A DNA stretch of 64,000 nucleotides from the NCBI GenBank assembly GCA_016713435.1, contig JADJPD010000005.1, forward strand, positions 129,356-193,355. Direction: 5' to 3'. The notes below the pieces were generated by a model, which was not told the DNA's origin, did not search any database, and saw only the letters and a list, made by a program, of their open reading frames with translations. Both the position numbers and the translations under genes were made by a program. The DNA is from Gemmatimonadota bacterium (lineage in GTDB: Bacteria; Gemmatimonadota; Gemmatimonadetes; Gemmatimonadales; GWC2-71-9). Shown here piece after piece: positions 46,483-55,574 of the stretch (the stretch's first letter is position 1; each line of letters begins with the position of its first letter).

Positions 46483-48852
46483 CTACGGCGCGGGCGGGTC
46501 GGCGGCGGCCCGGAGCACCGACGCGGGCAGCCACCCCTGCTGCCCGCCCGCCGCCTGTACCCGGACCCACGCGCCGCGGCGCTCCTCAAACAGCACGGTG
46601 CCGAGCCGCGCCACCTCGCCCGCCGGCGGGGCCTGCTCATGGGGGGAGAGGCGGAGCACGGCATTGGCGGCCACCACGGCCACCGGCCGGTGATACCAGC
46701 GCGCAATCCCGGCCCCGGCGAGCACCACCACCGCGCCCCCGCCGAGCAGGACCAGCCAGCGACCGCGCACCGCCCGGGTGGCGAGGATCCCGCCCCACCC
46801 CGCCAGCCAGAGGACCAGGCCGAGCAACCGGAGCTCGGCCGGCGCCATGGGAGCCACGCCGAGATTGCGGCTGGACCAGGGATCCGCGGGGGGCACCAGC
46901 AGGAGTGCGCGGCGCAGGCCCTGGTCGCGAGGCCGAAGGCGAGCGCCGCGCGTCCAGGCCGCGAGCGCCTCGGCGTCGTCGCCACCACGCCACGCGGCGT
47001 CGCCGAGGTTGAGCCAGTGGTTGGCGACGTCGGGCTCCGCCAGCGCGCGCGTCCGGAAGCCGTCCATCGCCGCGCGATAGGCATCGGCCTCGTAAAGCTG
47101 CTCCGGCGCCGTCTGGGTTCCCGCCTGCGTCGCCGCCAGGGCGAGCAGCAGGCCGGCGAAACCCGCCCGCGCCCGCCACCGCCGGGCGCGCTGCGAGCCG
47201 CGGGGCGTGAGCCTGGCGAGGACGTCCTCCACCTCGCGAGTCAGCCGCGTGCGGTCCTCACGGGCGCCGGGCGCGTAGCGTGCCTCACGGAGGCGGTGCC
47301 GCAGGGCGATGGTCCGGGCCACCACGTCGGCCTCGATCTCGGCGCCGATCAGCACGGCCTGCAACTGCCCGTCGGGCAGGTCCGCCTCCGCCGGGACCAG
47401 TGAGGCCAGGGCCGCCACGAGGCGCTTCTCCGCCAGCGCCAGGGGCTCGCCGGCGGCCCCCTTGGGCGCCACGGCCACCCGCCGCGGCACGCGCGGCAAG
47501 CGCAGCCCGAGCAGCAGCAGCGGGGGCAGCACGGCCACCAGCAGCCACGCCCAGCCGGGGAGCGAGCGCTCGACCTGGCGCGCCACCGTCCGCGACGCAT
47601 CCAGCCGCAGCGGCGGCGGCTCCGCCCGCGACGCCGGCACGTCCCCGCGCGGCGCGACCACGAGGCTGGTGCCCGCTGAGGCGGTCGCGTCGTACTTCCC
47701 TGCCCCGGCATCGAAGAATGGATACCGCACCGCCGGCACGGCCAGCATGCCGGCCGAATCTGCGACGAGCAGGTACTTGAAGGTCTTGCTGCCGCTCAGC
47801 CACCCGTCCCGAAGGGCCACCTGCTCCTTGGCTCCCTCGGGGTAGACACGGAGCCCCGCCGGCCAGCGGATGTCGGGCTGGGGCCAGAGGGCCACGTTGC
47901 CCTGCCCGCTCACCACCACCTCGGCGGTGAATGCCTCACCCTGCTTCCCGGCCGCCGGCGTGATGCTGGTGGCCACCCGGAGCCCCCGGCCGACCGCGCC
48001 GGTGAAGTCCGGCATCCGCCCCTCCGCGGGGAGGGCGCGGACGGCCACGCGGCTGGTGTCGCTGGCCAGCCGATAGCGCTCCTCCTGGCTGAAGAACTGG
48101 AACGCCAGCGGCAGGCTGTACTGCAGCCGGGCCGGGCTCACGCTGATGGTGCCCGGGGTGAGCGGGAAGGCGACCTGGTGGAGCACGAAGAGATCGTACC
48201 ACTTCCCGTTCACCATGCGGCTCGCGGCGATGCCCGCCGGCGTGGGCTGCGGATAGGCCCACACCCCCTCCACCTGCGGCGACTCGACCGTGGGTGCCCG
48301 CCGGAGCTGCTGGCGCACCTCGCGCTCGAACCAGGCGATGGTCACCACGTCGAGCTGCTGCCCCACCGACACGGCCTTGTCGGAGACCAGCACCGAGATG
48401 CCCGCCGCACCGAGGGCGCCGGGAGGCGGGGCACGCTGCACCAGGGCACGGAGCCGCGGGTTCAAGGCGGCGGTGACGGCCGGCGCGCTGCCGCCGGTGA
48501 TGGTGACCGTGATGGCGTCGCCCCGGGCGTAGGCCACACCCTGGTGCACCTGCACCGGCCCCAGGCGCCACTCCCCGGGCTGGTTGGCGCGGAGCCGGAA
48601 GACGATCGTGGTAGTGCGCCCGCCCCCGCCATCCATGTTCACGTCGCTCCGCTCGGTGCGCGCCTCGAGCTCGAAGCCGCCCAGCGTCGGCAGGTCCACG
48701 CGGATGGGATCGCTGAGGTCGCTGTTGACCGTGATGGTGTACTCGATCACGTCCCCGGGGGCCACGCGGTCGCGATCCACGCCGACCATGACCTCGGGGC
48801 CACGGGCCTGGGTGCCCGCCTGCAGCGCCAGGAGGACGAGCGCGGCGAGCAT
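46483..48852 (-). CDS. BatD-like protein fused to a BatE-like TPR plus SH3b module
   Basis: ORF 46483..49467(-) trimmed to the ATG at 48850-48852, which overlaps the upstream stop. Order of elements: signal peptide, large extracytoplasmic region, transmembrane helix, TPR-like segment (NHWLNLGDAAWRGGDDAEALAAW), transmembrane helices, then an SH3-like C-terminus (GAWVRVQAAGGQQGWLPASVL). Confidence 0.65.
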   Translation of the reverse strand: MLAALVLLALQAGTQARGPEVMVGVDRDRVAPGDVIEYTITVNSDLSDPIRVDLPTLGGFELEARTERSDVNMDGGGGRTTTIVFRLRANQPGEWRLGPVQVHQGVAYARGDAITVTITGGSAPAVTAALNPRLRALVQRAPPPGALGAAGISVLVSDKAVSVGQQLDVVTIAWFEREVRQQLRRAPTVESPQVEGVWAYPQPTPAGIAASRMVNGKWYDLFVLHQVAFPLTPGTISVSPARLQYSLPLAFQFFSQEERYRLASDTSRVAVRALPAEGRMPDFTGAVGRGLRVATSITPAAGKQGEAFTAEVVVSGQGNVALWPQPDIRWPAGLRVYPEGAKEQVALRDGWLSGSKTFKYLLVADSAGMLAVPAVRYPFFDAGAGKYDATASAGTSLVVAPRGDVPASRAEPPPLRLDASRTVARQVERSLPGWAWLLVAVLPPLLLLGLRLPRVPRRVAVAPKGAAGEPLALAEKRLVAALASLVPAEADLPDGQLQAVLIGAEIEADVVARTIALRHRLREARYAPGAREDRTRLTREVEDVLARLTPRGSQRARRWRARAGFAGLLLALAATQAGTQTAPEQLYEADAYRAAMDGFRTRALAEPDVANHWLNLGDAAWRGGDDAEALAAWTRGARLRPRDQGLRRALLLVPPADPWSSRNLGVAPMAPAELRLLGLVLWLAGWGGILATRAVRGRWLVLLGGGAVVVLAGAGIARWYHRPVAVVAANAVLRLSPHEQAPPAGEVARLGTVLFEERRGAWVRVQAAGGQQGWLPASVLRAAADPPAP

Positions 48853-50483
48853 CACCAGTCCTTCACCGCCGCCGGGGCGCTGCGCGCCCGCCCGATCCGG
48901 CGGCTCCGGGTGTCGCGTTCCTCGCGCGAGACGGAGTTGAGGATCTGCTCGGCCTGCGCCTGAGAGAGGTTGGGGACGCCCTCGGGCGGCTCCGGCCGGC
49001 TGGGCGAGGGATCGGGCGGCTTGTTGCCCTCGGGGGGCGGGTTCTTCGGGGTGCTCCCGCCACCGCCGCTCGGCGGCGGCCGGCGCGACTGCGCCAGCTC
49101 GAGGTTCCACTTGGCGCGCTGGCTCGAGGGCACCAGGCGCAGCGCCTCCTGCAGTCGCTCGGCCGCCACGCCGAAGAGCGAGTCCCGGTGCGTCGAGTCG
49201 GCCTGGGCCTCCCGCAGTGCCGCCACCCCCATGTTGTAGAGCGCGCGATAGCGGAGGTCGGGATCCACGGTCTGCGCCGCCTTCTCGAGCGCCTTGCGTG
49301 CCTCGACGGGCTGACCCGCGGCGAGGAGCGCGGTGCCGGCGTTGTACCACGCCGTGTCGGTGGCGCTCGCGCCCAGCGTGCCCACCAGCGCGCGGGCGGC
49401 CTCGCGGCTCCGCCCCGCCTGGAAATCCCGGACGCCCGGCGCCGGGCGCTGGGCCCGCGCCGGCCACGCCAGTGCGACGAGGGCCAGCCCGACGAGCGCG
49501 GCACTCTTGCGGGTGGTGGTCTGGATGGCGAGGAGCACCGCACCGATGAGCGCCGGGATCCAGACCAGCGGCACGAGGTCCTCGGTGCTCGAGGAGGTGA
49601 GGGGCGCGCGCTGGAAGGCCGCGAGCAGGTCGCGGACGGCTGCGGCCTGGTCCGGCAGCTCGGCGGGGACGAGGGCGGCCTCTGCCGCGTCGGCCACCTG
49701 CTGCAGCACGTCGTCGCGGCGCCAGGTCTCCACGGGGGTGCCGCTCTCGTCCAGCTTGTACTCCACGACGGTCCCGGCGCTGTCGCGGAGCGGGATCTGC
49801 ACCGGGGTGGGCGTGCCCTCGGCCACGAGGACCACGCGGACCTGCTCCTCGCGCAGCCGCCGGGCGGCGGCGAGGACGTCCGGGAGCGAGTCGAGCGCCT
49901 CCCCGTCGGTGAACACCACCAGCACGCGGTCCCCGGCCTCCCGTGAGGCATTCAGCAGCTCGGCCCCCTGGCTGAGCGCCGCCGCGAGGCCGGTTCCGCC
50001 CTGGCTCGCGATGTCGGGGGACAGCGCATCGAGGAAGAGCGTCACCGCCGCCCCGTCGAGCGTGAGCGGGCTCAGGATGTAGCTCCGGCCCGCAAAGGCC
50101 ACGAGGCCCACGCGGTCCTGCCCCATGTCCTGGACCAGCCGCCGCGCCTCCCGCACCGCGCGGCCGAGGCGGCTGGGTTTCGTGTCCTCGGCCAGCATCG
50201 AGCGGCTGATGTCCATGGCCAGCACCACACTGAGTGCCTGGGTTTCGGTCGTGACGGTCTGCCGCCCGCCCCGCGGGCCGGCCACCGCCACCGCCGCCGA
50301 GAGGCCCGCCAGCGCCAGCAGCAGCGGCCCGCTCCTGCCCCCTGCCCGCGAGGCGGCCGCGAGGACCGGCGACCAGGCCGCCGCGCGCGCGATGCGCCGC
50401 CGCCGCGCCAGCACCGACAGGAAGCCGACACCCACGGCCACCACGGGCGCCAGCACGAGGAGTAGGGGCGTATCGAACGTCAT
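48852..50483 (-). CDS. VWA-domain BatB-like protein fused to a BatC-like TPR region
   Basis: ORF 48852..51272(-) trimmed to MTFDTPLLLVLAPVVAVGVGF. The VWA MIDAS motif is LAMDISRSM...VVFTDGE. A transmembrane helix and TPR repeats (AWYNAGTALLAAGQPVEARKALEKA) follow. Confidence 0.7.
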   Translation of the reverse strand: MTFDTPLLLVLAPVVAVGVGFLSVLARRRRIARAAAWSPVLAAASRAGGRSGPLLLALAGLSAAVAVAGPRGGRQTVTTETQALSVVLAMDISRSMLAEDTKPSRLGRAVREARRLVQDMGQDRVGLVAFAGRSYILSPLTLDGAAVTLFLDALSPDIASQGGTGLAAALSQGAELLNASREAGDRVLVVFTDGEALDSLPDVLAAARRLREEQVRVVLVAEGTPTPVQIPLRDSAGTVVEYKLDESGTPVETWRRDDVLQQVADAAEAALVPAELPDQAAAVRDLLAAFQRAPLTSSSTEDLVPLVWIPALIGAVLLAIQTTTRKSAALVGLALVALAWPARAQRPAPGVRDFQAGRSREAARALVGTLGASATDTAWYNAGTALLAAGQPVEARKALEKAAQTVDPDLRYRALYNMGVAALREAQADSTHRDSLFGVAAERLQEALRLVPSSQRAKWNLELAQSRRPPPSGGGGSTPKNPPPEGNKPPDPSPSRPEPPEGVPNLSQAQAEQILNSVSREERDTRSRRIGRARSAPAAVKDW

Positions 50484-51454
50484 GGCACCCGCACCACGAG
50501 CGTGGCCCCCACCAATAATTCGAGGCCGAGCGCCAGGAGGCCGGCCAGTACCAGCGGCTTGGCGATCTCGTCGTAGCGCACGTACCGCGTCACCTGGATC
50601 GGCGTCTTCTCGAGGCCGTCGATCTGCCGGAAGATCTGGGTGAGGGCCTCGCTGTCCTGGGCACGGAAGTACCGCCCGCCCGTGCTGGCGGCGATGTCGC
50701 GGAGCAGCGGCTCGTCGATCCGCACCGGCAGCACCTCGTAGCGGAAGCCGGAGAGGCCGCGCCCGGTGGGAATCGGCGCCTCCCCCTCGGTGCCCACGCC
50801 GATGGTGTAGACGCGAATGCCGAGCGCGGCGGCGGCCGCCGCCGCGGTCCGGGGATCCACGGTGCCGCGGTTGTTCTCGCCATCGGTGAGGAGGAGGATC
50901 ACCTTGGTCTTGCCGGGCGCCTCCCGCAGCCGGTTCACGGCCGTGGCGAGCCCGGTGCCGATCGCGGTGCCATCCTCGAGCATGCCGATCTTGAGGGCCT
51001 GCACCGACTGCTCCAGCACCGGGTAGTCCACGGTGATCGGCACCTGCGTGAGCGCCTCGCCGGCGAACGCCACCACGCCGATCCGGTCGGCGGAGCGCGC
51101 CTTGATGAACGAGACGGCCTGCTGCTTGGCCACCTCCATCCGGTTGGACGGGGCGAAGTCCTCGGCCAGCATGCTGCTCGAGATGTCGAGCGCGAGGACG
51201 ATGGCGATGCCCTCCTTCTTCACCTCCACCCGCGAGCCGCCGAGCCTGGGCCCCGACGCGGCGAGGACCCATGCGCTCCAGGCCAGGAGACGGAGCAGCG
51301 GCGGGACCCGCGCCAGCACGCTCGCCTGCCCCACCTGGCTCACCAGGCGGAGGTCACTGTACTCGGTGGCCGGCCGGGGCCGCGAGCGCCGCCACCACCA
51401 CCAGAGGAGGGGCAGCAGGAGGAGCAGCAGCAGCCACGGGCGGGCGAAGCTCAT
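50480..51454 (-). CDS. VWA-domain BatA-like membrane protein
   Basis: ORF 50480..52048(-) trimmed to MSFARPWLLLLLLLPLLWWWW...LALDISSSML...LLTDGENN...YTIGVG, with a C-terminal transmembrane helix. Confidence 0.8.
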   Translation of the reverse strand: MSFARPWLLLLLLLPLLWWWWRRSRPRPATEYSDLRLVSQVGQASVLARVPPLLRLLAWSAWVLAASGPRLGGSRVEVKKEGIAIVLALDISSSMLAEDFAPSNRMEVAKQQAVSFIKARSADRIGVVAFAGEALTQVPITVDYPVLEQSVQALKIGMLEDGTAIGTGLATAVNRLREAPGKTKVILLLTDGENNRGTVDPRTAAAAAAALGIRVYTIGVGTEGEAPIPTGRGLSGFRYEVLPVRIDEPLLRDIAASTGGRYFRAQDSEALTQIFRQIDGLEKTPIQVTRYVRYDEIAKPLVLAGLLALGLELLVGATLVVRVP

Positions 51455-52251
51455 CCCCCCTCCACGCGCGCCGCCAGCTGCGCCGCCCGGTCCGCCAGCT
51501 CCACGACGGCCGCCCCCGGTGCCGCGGCGAATTCCGCCGCCTCGAGCGCCCGCAGCACCGTGGCGATCTCCTCCGTGGGCCAGGCGGGCCGCTGCTCCGC
51601 CACGATCCGCACCAGGCGGGAGGTCACCACCCCGGCCGGCACCCCGGGCAGCTGCTTGAGCAGCGCGCGGCGGAGCTCGAGCGCGGCCACGGCGGCCACG
51701 GCGCGCTGTTCCCCGTCCTCGCCCCACTCGGCCAGCGGCAGCGCCACCGGGGCGGACCCCGCCGGCCCCTCCGGCATCGGCGGGCCGCGGCGGCGCCACC
51801 ACCACGCCATGGGTGCAAAGAGCAGCGCAGCCACGCCGAGGGCCGCGAGCGGGGGCCAGGGAGAGGTGATCCGCTGCTCCACGATTCCCGCCTCCGGCTG
51901 CACGGGCAGCGAGTCCACCCGGGCCCCGCTGGGCAGCACGCTCGCCACCACGAACGCCTGGACGGCCGGCGGCACCGAGTCGGTCCGGCCATCGGGACGG
52001 ATCACCACCGGTCCGGGGACCTCCACCTCGTGCCGGCCCGCCGCCCACGCCACGGCCGGGTACGCGACGGTCACGGAGTCACCCGAGCGCCGCACGATCG
52101 GGCTCCCGAGGAGGCCGACGGGGGCGGTGGGCTCCCAGGGTGCGGGACGCACCTCCGCACCGGCCGGCACCACCACGGTGCGGGTGAGCCAGATGGTGTC
52201 GCCCACGGTGGGGCCGACGGCCTGCTGCAGCAGGAGGAGGAGGGCGATCAT
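51451..52251 (-). CDS. Membrane protein of the Bat-type operon (DUF4381-like C-terminal half)
   Basis: ORF 51451..52566(-) trimmed to MIALLLLLQQAVGPTV. It has a central transmembrane helix ending in WWWRRR. Its start and stop overlap both neighbours. Confidence 0.55.
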   Translation of the reverse strand: MIALLLLLQQAVGPTVGDTIWLTRTVVVPAGAEVRPAPWEPTAPVGLLGSPIVRRSGDSVTVAYPAVAWAAGRHEVEVPGPVVIRPDGRTDSVPPAVQAFVVASVLPSGARVDSLPVQPEAGIVEQRITSPWPPLAALGVAALLFAPMAWWWRRRGPPMPEGPAGSAPVALPLAEWGEDGEQRAVAAVAALELRRALLKQLPGVPAGVVTSRLVRIVAEQRPAWPTEEIATVLRALEAAEFAAAPGAAVVELADRAAQLAARVEGG

Positions 52252-53132
52252 CGGTGCATCCGCCGCGCCCGCTGGGCAAAGGCCTGCCGCAGGATGGGGG
52301 CGTAGTCGGTGGCCGTGCCGAGCACCACGTGGTCCACGCCGGCGGCGGCGAAGGCGCGGTTCCGCTCCTCGCGCTGCTTCTCCGCGAGGGCGCGAAGCCG
52401 GCCGCGCACGCCGCGCGCGCCGGTGTCCACCAGGCGGCGCTGGCCGGTCTCGGCGTCTTCGAGCTCCATCCAGCCGGCGTCGGGCAGGTCGTGCTCCCGC
52501 GGGTCCTCGAGGGCGATGGCCACGACGTCGTGCCGCACCGCCAGCTGGCGAAGCGGCTGTTCCCACCCCTCGGCGAGGAAATCCGAGAGCACCACGACGA
52601 TGCTCCGGTGCCGCAGCAGCTGGGTGGCGTAGTGAAGGGCGGCGGTGAGGTTGGTCCGGCGGCTGGCGGGGCTGAAGGCCACCAGGTCGCGGATGACCCG
52701 GAGCGCGTGGCGCCGGCCCTTCCCCGGCGGGATCACCCGTTCCACCTGCTCCGCGAAGAGCAGCGCCCCGGTCCGGTCATTGGTGCTCGCGGCCGCCAGG
52801 GCCAGGACCGACGCCACCTCGATGGCCAGCGCGGACTTGGAGCGCGGGTGCCCGAAGTGCTGCGACCCCGACTGGTCTACCAGCAGCATCAGCGTGAGCT
52901 CGCGCTCCTCGGTGTAGCTCTTGACGTAGGGGGTGCCGAGGCGGGCGGAGACGTTCCAGTCGATGGCGCGGAAGTCGTCGCCGTGCTCGTACTGGCGCAC
53001 CTCGGCGAACTCGATCCCCTGCCCGCGGAAGACGGAGCGATACTCGCCGGCAAACAGCGCCGTCACGAGCCCGCGGGAGCGCAGCTCGATGGCCTTGACC
53101 TGCTTCAGGATCGTGGGCGAGATGGCGGGCAT
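52248..53132 (-). CDS. DUF58 domain protein
   Basis: ORF 52248..53132(-): ...GEYRSVFRGQGIEFAEVRQYEHGDDFRAIDWNVSARLGTPYVKSYTEERELT. Confidence 0.85.
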   Translation of the reverse strand: MPAISPTILKQVKAIELRSRGLVTALFAGEYRSVFRGQGIEFAEVRQYEHGDDFRAIDWNVSARLGTPYVKSYTEERELTLMLLVDQSGSQHFGHPRSKSALAIEVASVLALAAASTNDRTGALLFAEQVERVIPPGKGRRHALRVIRDLVAFSPASRRTNLTAALHYATQLLRHRSIVVVLSDFLAEGWEQPLRQLAVRHDVVAIALEDPREHDLPDAGWMELEDAETGQRRLVDTGARGVRGRLRALAEKQREERNRAFAAAGVDHVVLGTATDYAPILRQAFAQRARRMHR

Positions 53133-53176
53133 CGGCGATGCTCAGCGGCGATGCGGCGGGCGGGCGGCGCGCGCGC

Positions 53177-54160
53177 TCAGGGGGCCGGGACCGCGTCGAG
53201 GATGCGGGTGACCACCTGGTCGGCGTCCACTTCCTCCGCCTCGGCCTCGAAGGTGAGGAGCACCCGGTGGCGCAGCACGTCGAGCGCCATGGCGCGGACA
53301 TCCTCGGGGATGACGTAGCCCCGCCCCCGCAGGAAGGCGTGCGCCCGCGCCGCCTGGGCCAGCGCGATCGACGCGCGCGGCGAGGCGCCGAACGCCACCA
53401 GCGGCTTCAGGTTGGCGAGGCCCACCACCGAGGGATCGCGGGTGGCCCGCACCAGGTCCACGATGTAGTCCACCACCTTCTGGTCCAGGTAGGTGGCCGC
53501 GATCGTCTCGCGGAGGCCGAGGATGGTGGCGGGGGTCAGGAGCTGGCGGAGCGGGGTGGTGTCCCCCGCGCTCCGGCGGAGCAGGACTTCCTTTTCCTGG
53601 TCGCGCGTGGGGTAGCCCACGCGCACCTTGAGCATGAAGCGGTCGAGCTGCGCCTCGGGCAGCGGGTAGGTGCCCTCGTTCTCGATGGGATTCTGCGTGG
53701 CGAGGACCAGGAAGGGTTCCTCGAGCGCGAAGGTGTGCCCGCCGATGGTCACCTGCTTCTCCTGCATGGCCTCGAGCAGCGCCGCCTGGACCTTGGCCGG
53801 GGCGCGGTTCACCTCGTCGGCCAGGACGATCTGCGCGAAGACCGGGCCGTGCTTCACCCGGAACTCCTGGGTCTTCGGGTCGAAGACCATGGTGCCGATG
53901 AGGTCGGCGGGGAGGAGGTCCGGGGTGAACTGGATCCGGGAGAAGCTGGCCTCGACGATCTCCGCCAGCGTCTTCACGGCGAGCGTCTTGGCCAGCCCCG
54001 GCACGCCCTCGAGCAGGATGTGCCCGCCGGTCAACAGGCCGATGAGCAGCCGCTCCACCATCGTGTCCTGGCCCACGATGCGCTTGGCCACCTCCGCGCT
54101 CACCTGCTGGACGGGGCCGGCGTCAACGGTGCGGCTCGAACCCGACGGGCGTGCGGTCAT
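53177..54160 (-). CDS. MoxR-family AAA+ ATPase
   Basis: ORF 53177..54418(-) trimmed to MTARPSGSS. An alternative ATG lies at 54211. Motifs: ...IVGQDTMVERLLIGLLTGGHILLEGVPGLAKT...LADEVNRAPAKVQAALLEAMQE...ATQNPIE. Confidence 0.9.
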   Translation of the reverse strand: MTARPSGSSRTVDAGPVQQVSAEVAKRIVGQDTMVERLLIGLLTGGHILLEGVPGLAKTLAVKTLAEIVEASFSRIQFTPDLLPADLIGTMVFDPKTQEFRVKHGPVFAQIVLADEVNRAPAKVQAALLEAMQEKQVTIGGHTFALEEPFLVLATQNPIENEGTYPLPEAQLDRFMLKVRVGYPTRDQEKEVLLRRSAGDTTPLRQLLTPATILGLRETIAATYLDQKVVDYIVDLVRATRDPSVVGLANLKPLVAFGASPRASIALAQAARAHAFLRGRGYVIPEDVRAMALDVLRHRVLLTFEAEAEEVDADQVVTRILDAVPAP

Positions 54161-54258
54161 GAGGGGTCGGGGGTGCGCGGTGGGGGCGTGGTGGTCGTCG
54201 CCGTCAATCATAGCAGGGCCCGGACGACCGGAGGAGTGAGCCCCGCCACAGGAAGGAG

Positions 54259-54993
54259 CTACTCCCGGCCGCCCCCCATGCCGATGGCCTTGTAGAGCCC
54301 CGCCTCCTCCACCGGCGTGAGCGGGCGGCTCTTGCCCACGGCCAGGTCGCCGAGGCGGACGGACCCGTACGAGAGTCGGGCCAGCCGTTCCACCTTGAGC
54401 CCCATCGCCTCGCACCACCGGCGGACCACGCGGTTGCGGCCCTCGGTGAGCGTCAGGTCGATCAGGCTGCGGCCTTCCTTCCCCGGACGGACCCGGAGCC
54501 GCTGCGGTTCCACTGCGCGGCCGTCGAGCTCGATCCGCCCCTGCACCGCCTTCTCCACCTCGGCCGTGGGCCGACCGTGCACCAGCGCCACGTAGCTGCG
54601 CGGGATGCGGTAGCGGGGATGCGTCAGGCGGTGCACCGCGTCGCCGTCGGTGGTGAGGAGGAGGAGGCCGGTGGTGTTGGCGTCGAGCCGGCCCACATAC
54701 GTGAGGCCCGGGACCCCGGGGAAGAAGTCGAGGACGGTGCGGCGGCCCTCCTCGTCGCTTGCGGTGGTCACCACGCCCATCGGCTTGTGGAAGGCGTACC
54801 AGCGCTTCTGCTCCACCCGCGGGATCGGCTTGCCGCTCACGGTGATGCGCTGGCGGTCGGGATCCACCTTCATGCCGATGGTGGCCACCTGCCCGTCCAC
54901 CTTCACCCGGCCCGCCTCGATCAGCTCCTCGGCGGCCCGCCGGCTGGCGATCCCCGCGCGCGCGAGGGCGCGCTGCAGGCGCATCTCGCTCAC
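54259..54993 (-). CDS. rluB: Pseudouridine synthase, RluB/RsuA family
   Basis: ORF 54259..54993(-): the GTG overlaps the scpB stop, and an alternative ATG lies at 54984. Motifs: MRLQRALARAGIASRRAAEELIEAGRVKVDG...GRLDANTTGLLLLTTDG. Confidence 0.85.
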   Translation of the reverse strand: MSEMRLQRALARAGIASRRAAEELIEAGRVKVDGQVATIGMKVDPDRQRITVSGKPIPRVEQKRWYAFHKPMGVVTTASDEEGRRTVLDFFPGVPGLTYVGRLDANTTGLLLLTTDGDAVHRLTHPRYRIPRSYVALVHGRPTAEVEKAVQGRIELDGRAVEPQRLRVRPGKEGRSLIDLTLTEGRNRVVRRWCEAMGLKVERLARLSYGSVRLGDLAVGKSRPLTPVEEAGLYKAIGMGGGRE

Positions 54994-55574
54994 GATTCCG
55001 CCGGGACCGACGCGGCGGCTTCCGCGGAGTCGGCCTGCTCCGGCTTGTGGGGATGAAGGGCGACGCTGAACTCCTCGGTGCGCGGCAGTTCGCCGAGGTC
55101 GCGCAGGCCCAGCAGCTCCAGCAGGAGCGGCGTGGTGCCGTAGAGGAGCGGCCGGCCCATCGCCTCGGAACGGCCCACCACCTCGATCAGGCCGCGCTCC
55201 TGCAGGCTCCGCAGCACGCCGCCGGCGGAGACGCCCCGGATTTCCTCGATCTCCGCCCGCCCCACCGGCTGCCGGTAGGCGATCACGGCCAGCGTCTCCA
55301 TCGCCGCCGGCGTGAGCTTGGGCGTCCGCACCGCGATCTGCGCGCGCTCGATGGCCTCGGCGAAGGCGCGCCGGGTCAGCACCTGGTAGCCACCCGCCAG
55401 CTCCACCACCTCCACGGCGTGGCCGTCGAAGTCGTAGTGCTCGCGGAGTTCGTCGATGGCGGTGCGCACGTCGGCCAGCGAGGCCTCGGGCTCCAGCGTC
55501 TGGAGCTCCTCGACGGTGATCGGGCGGTTGGCCGCGAAGAGGGCGGCCTCGATCAGCTGCATCAGCGGTTTCAT
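54990..55574 (-). CDS. scpB: Segregation and condensation protein B
   Basis: ORF 54990..55574(-): MKPLMQLIEAALFAANRPITVEELQ...TLAVIAYRQPVGRAEIEEIRGV...GRPLLYGTT. Confidence 0.9.
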   Translation of the reverse strand: MKPLMQLIEAALFAANRPITVEELQTLEPEASLADVRTAIDELREHYDFDGHAVEVVELAGGYQVLTRRAFAEAIERAQIAVRTPKLTPAAMETLAVIAYRQPVGRAEIEEIRGVSAGGVLRSLQERGLIEVVGRSEAMGRPLLYGTTPLLLELLGLRDLGELPRTEEFSVALHPHKPEQADSAEAAASVPAES

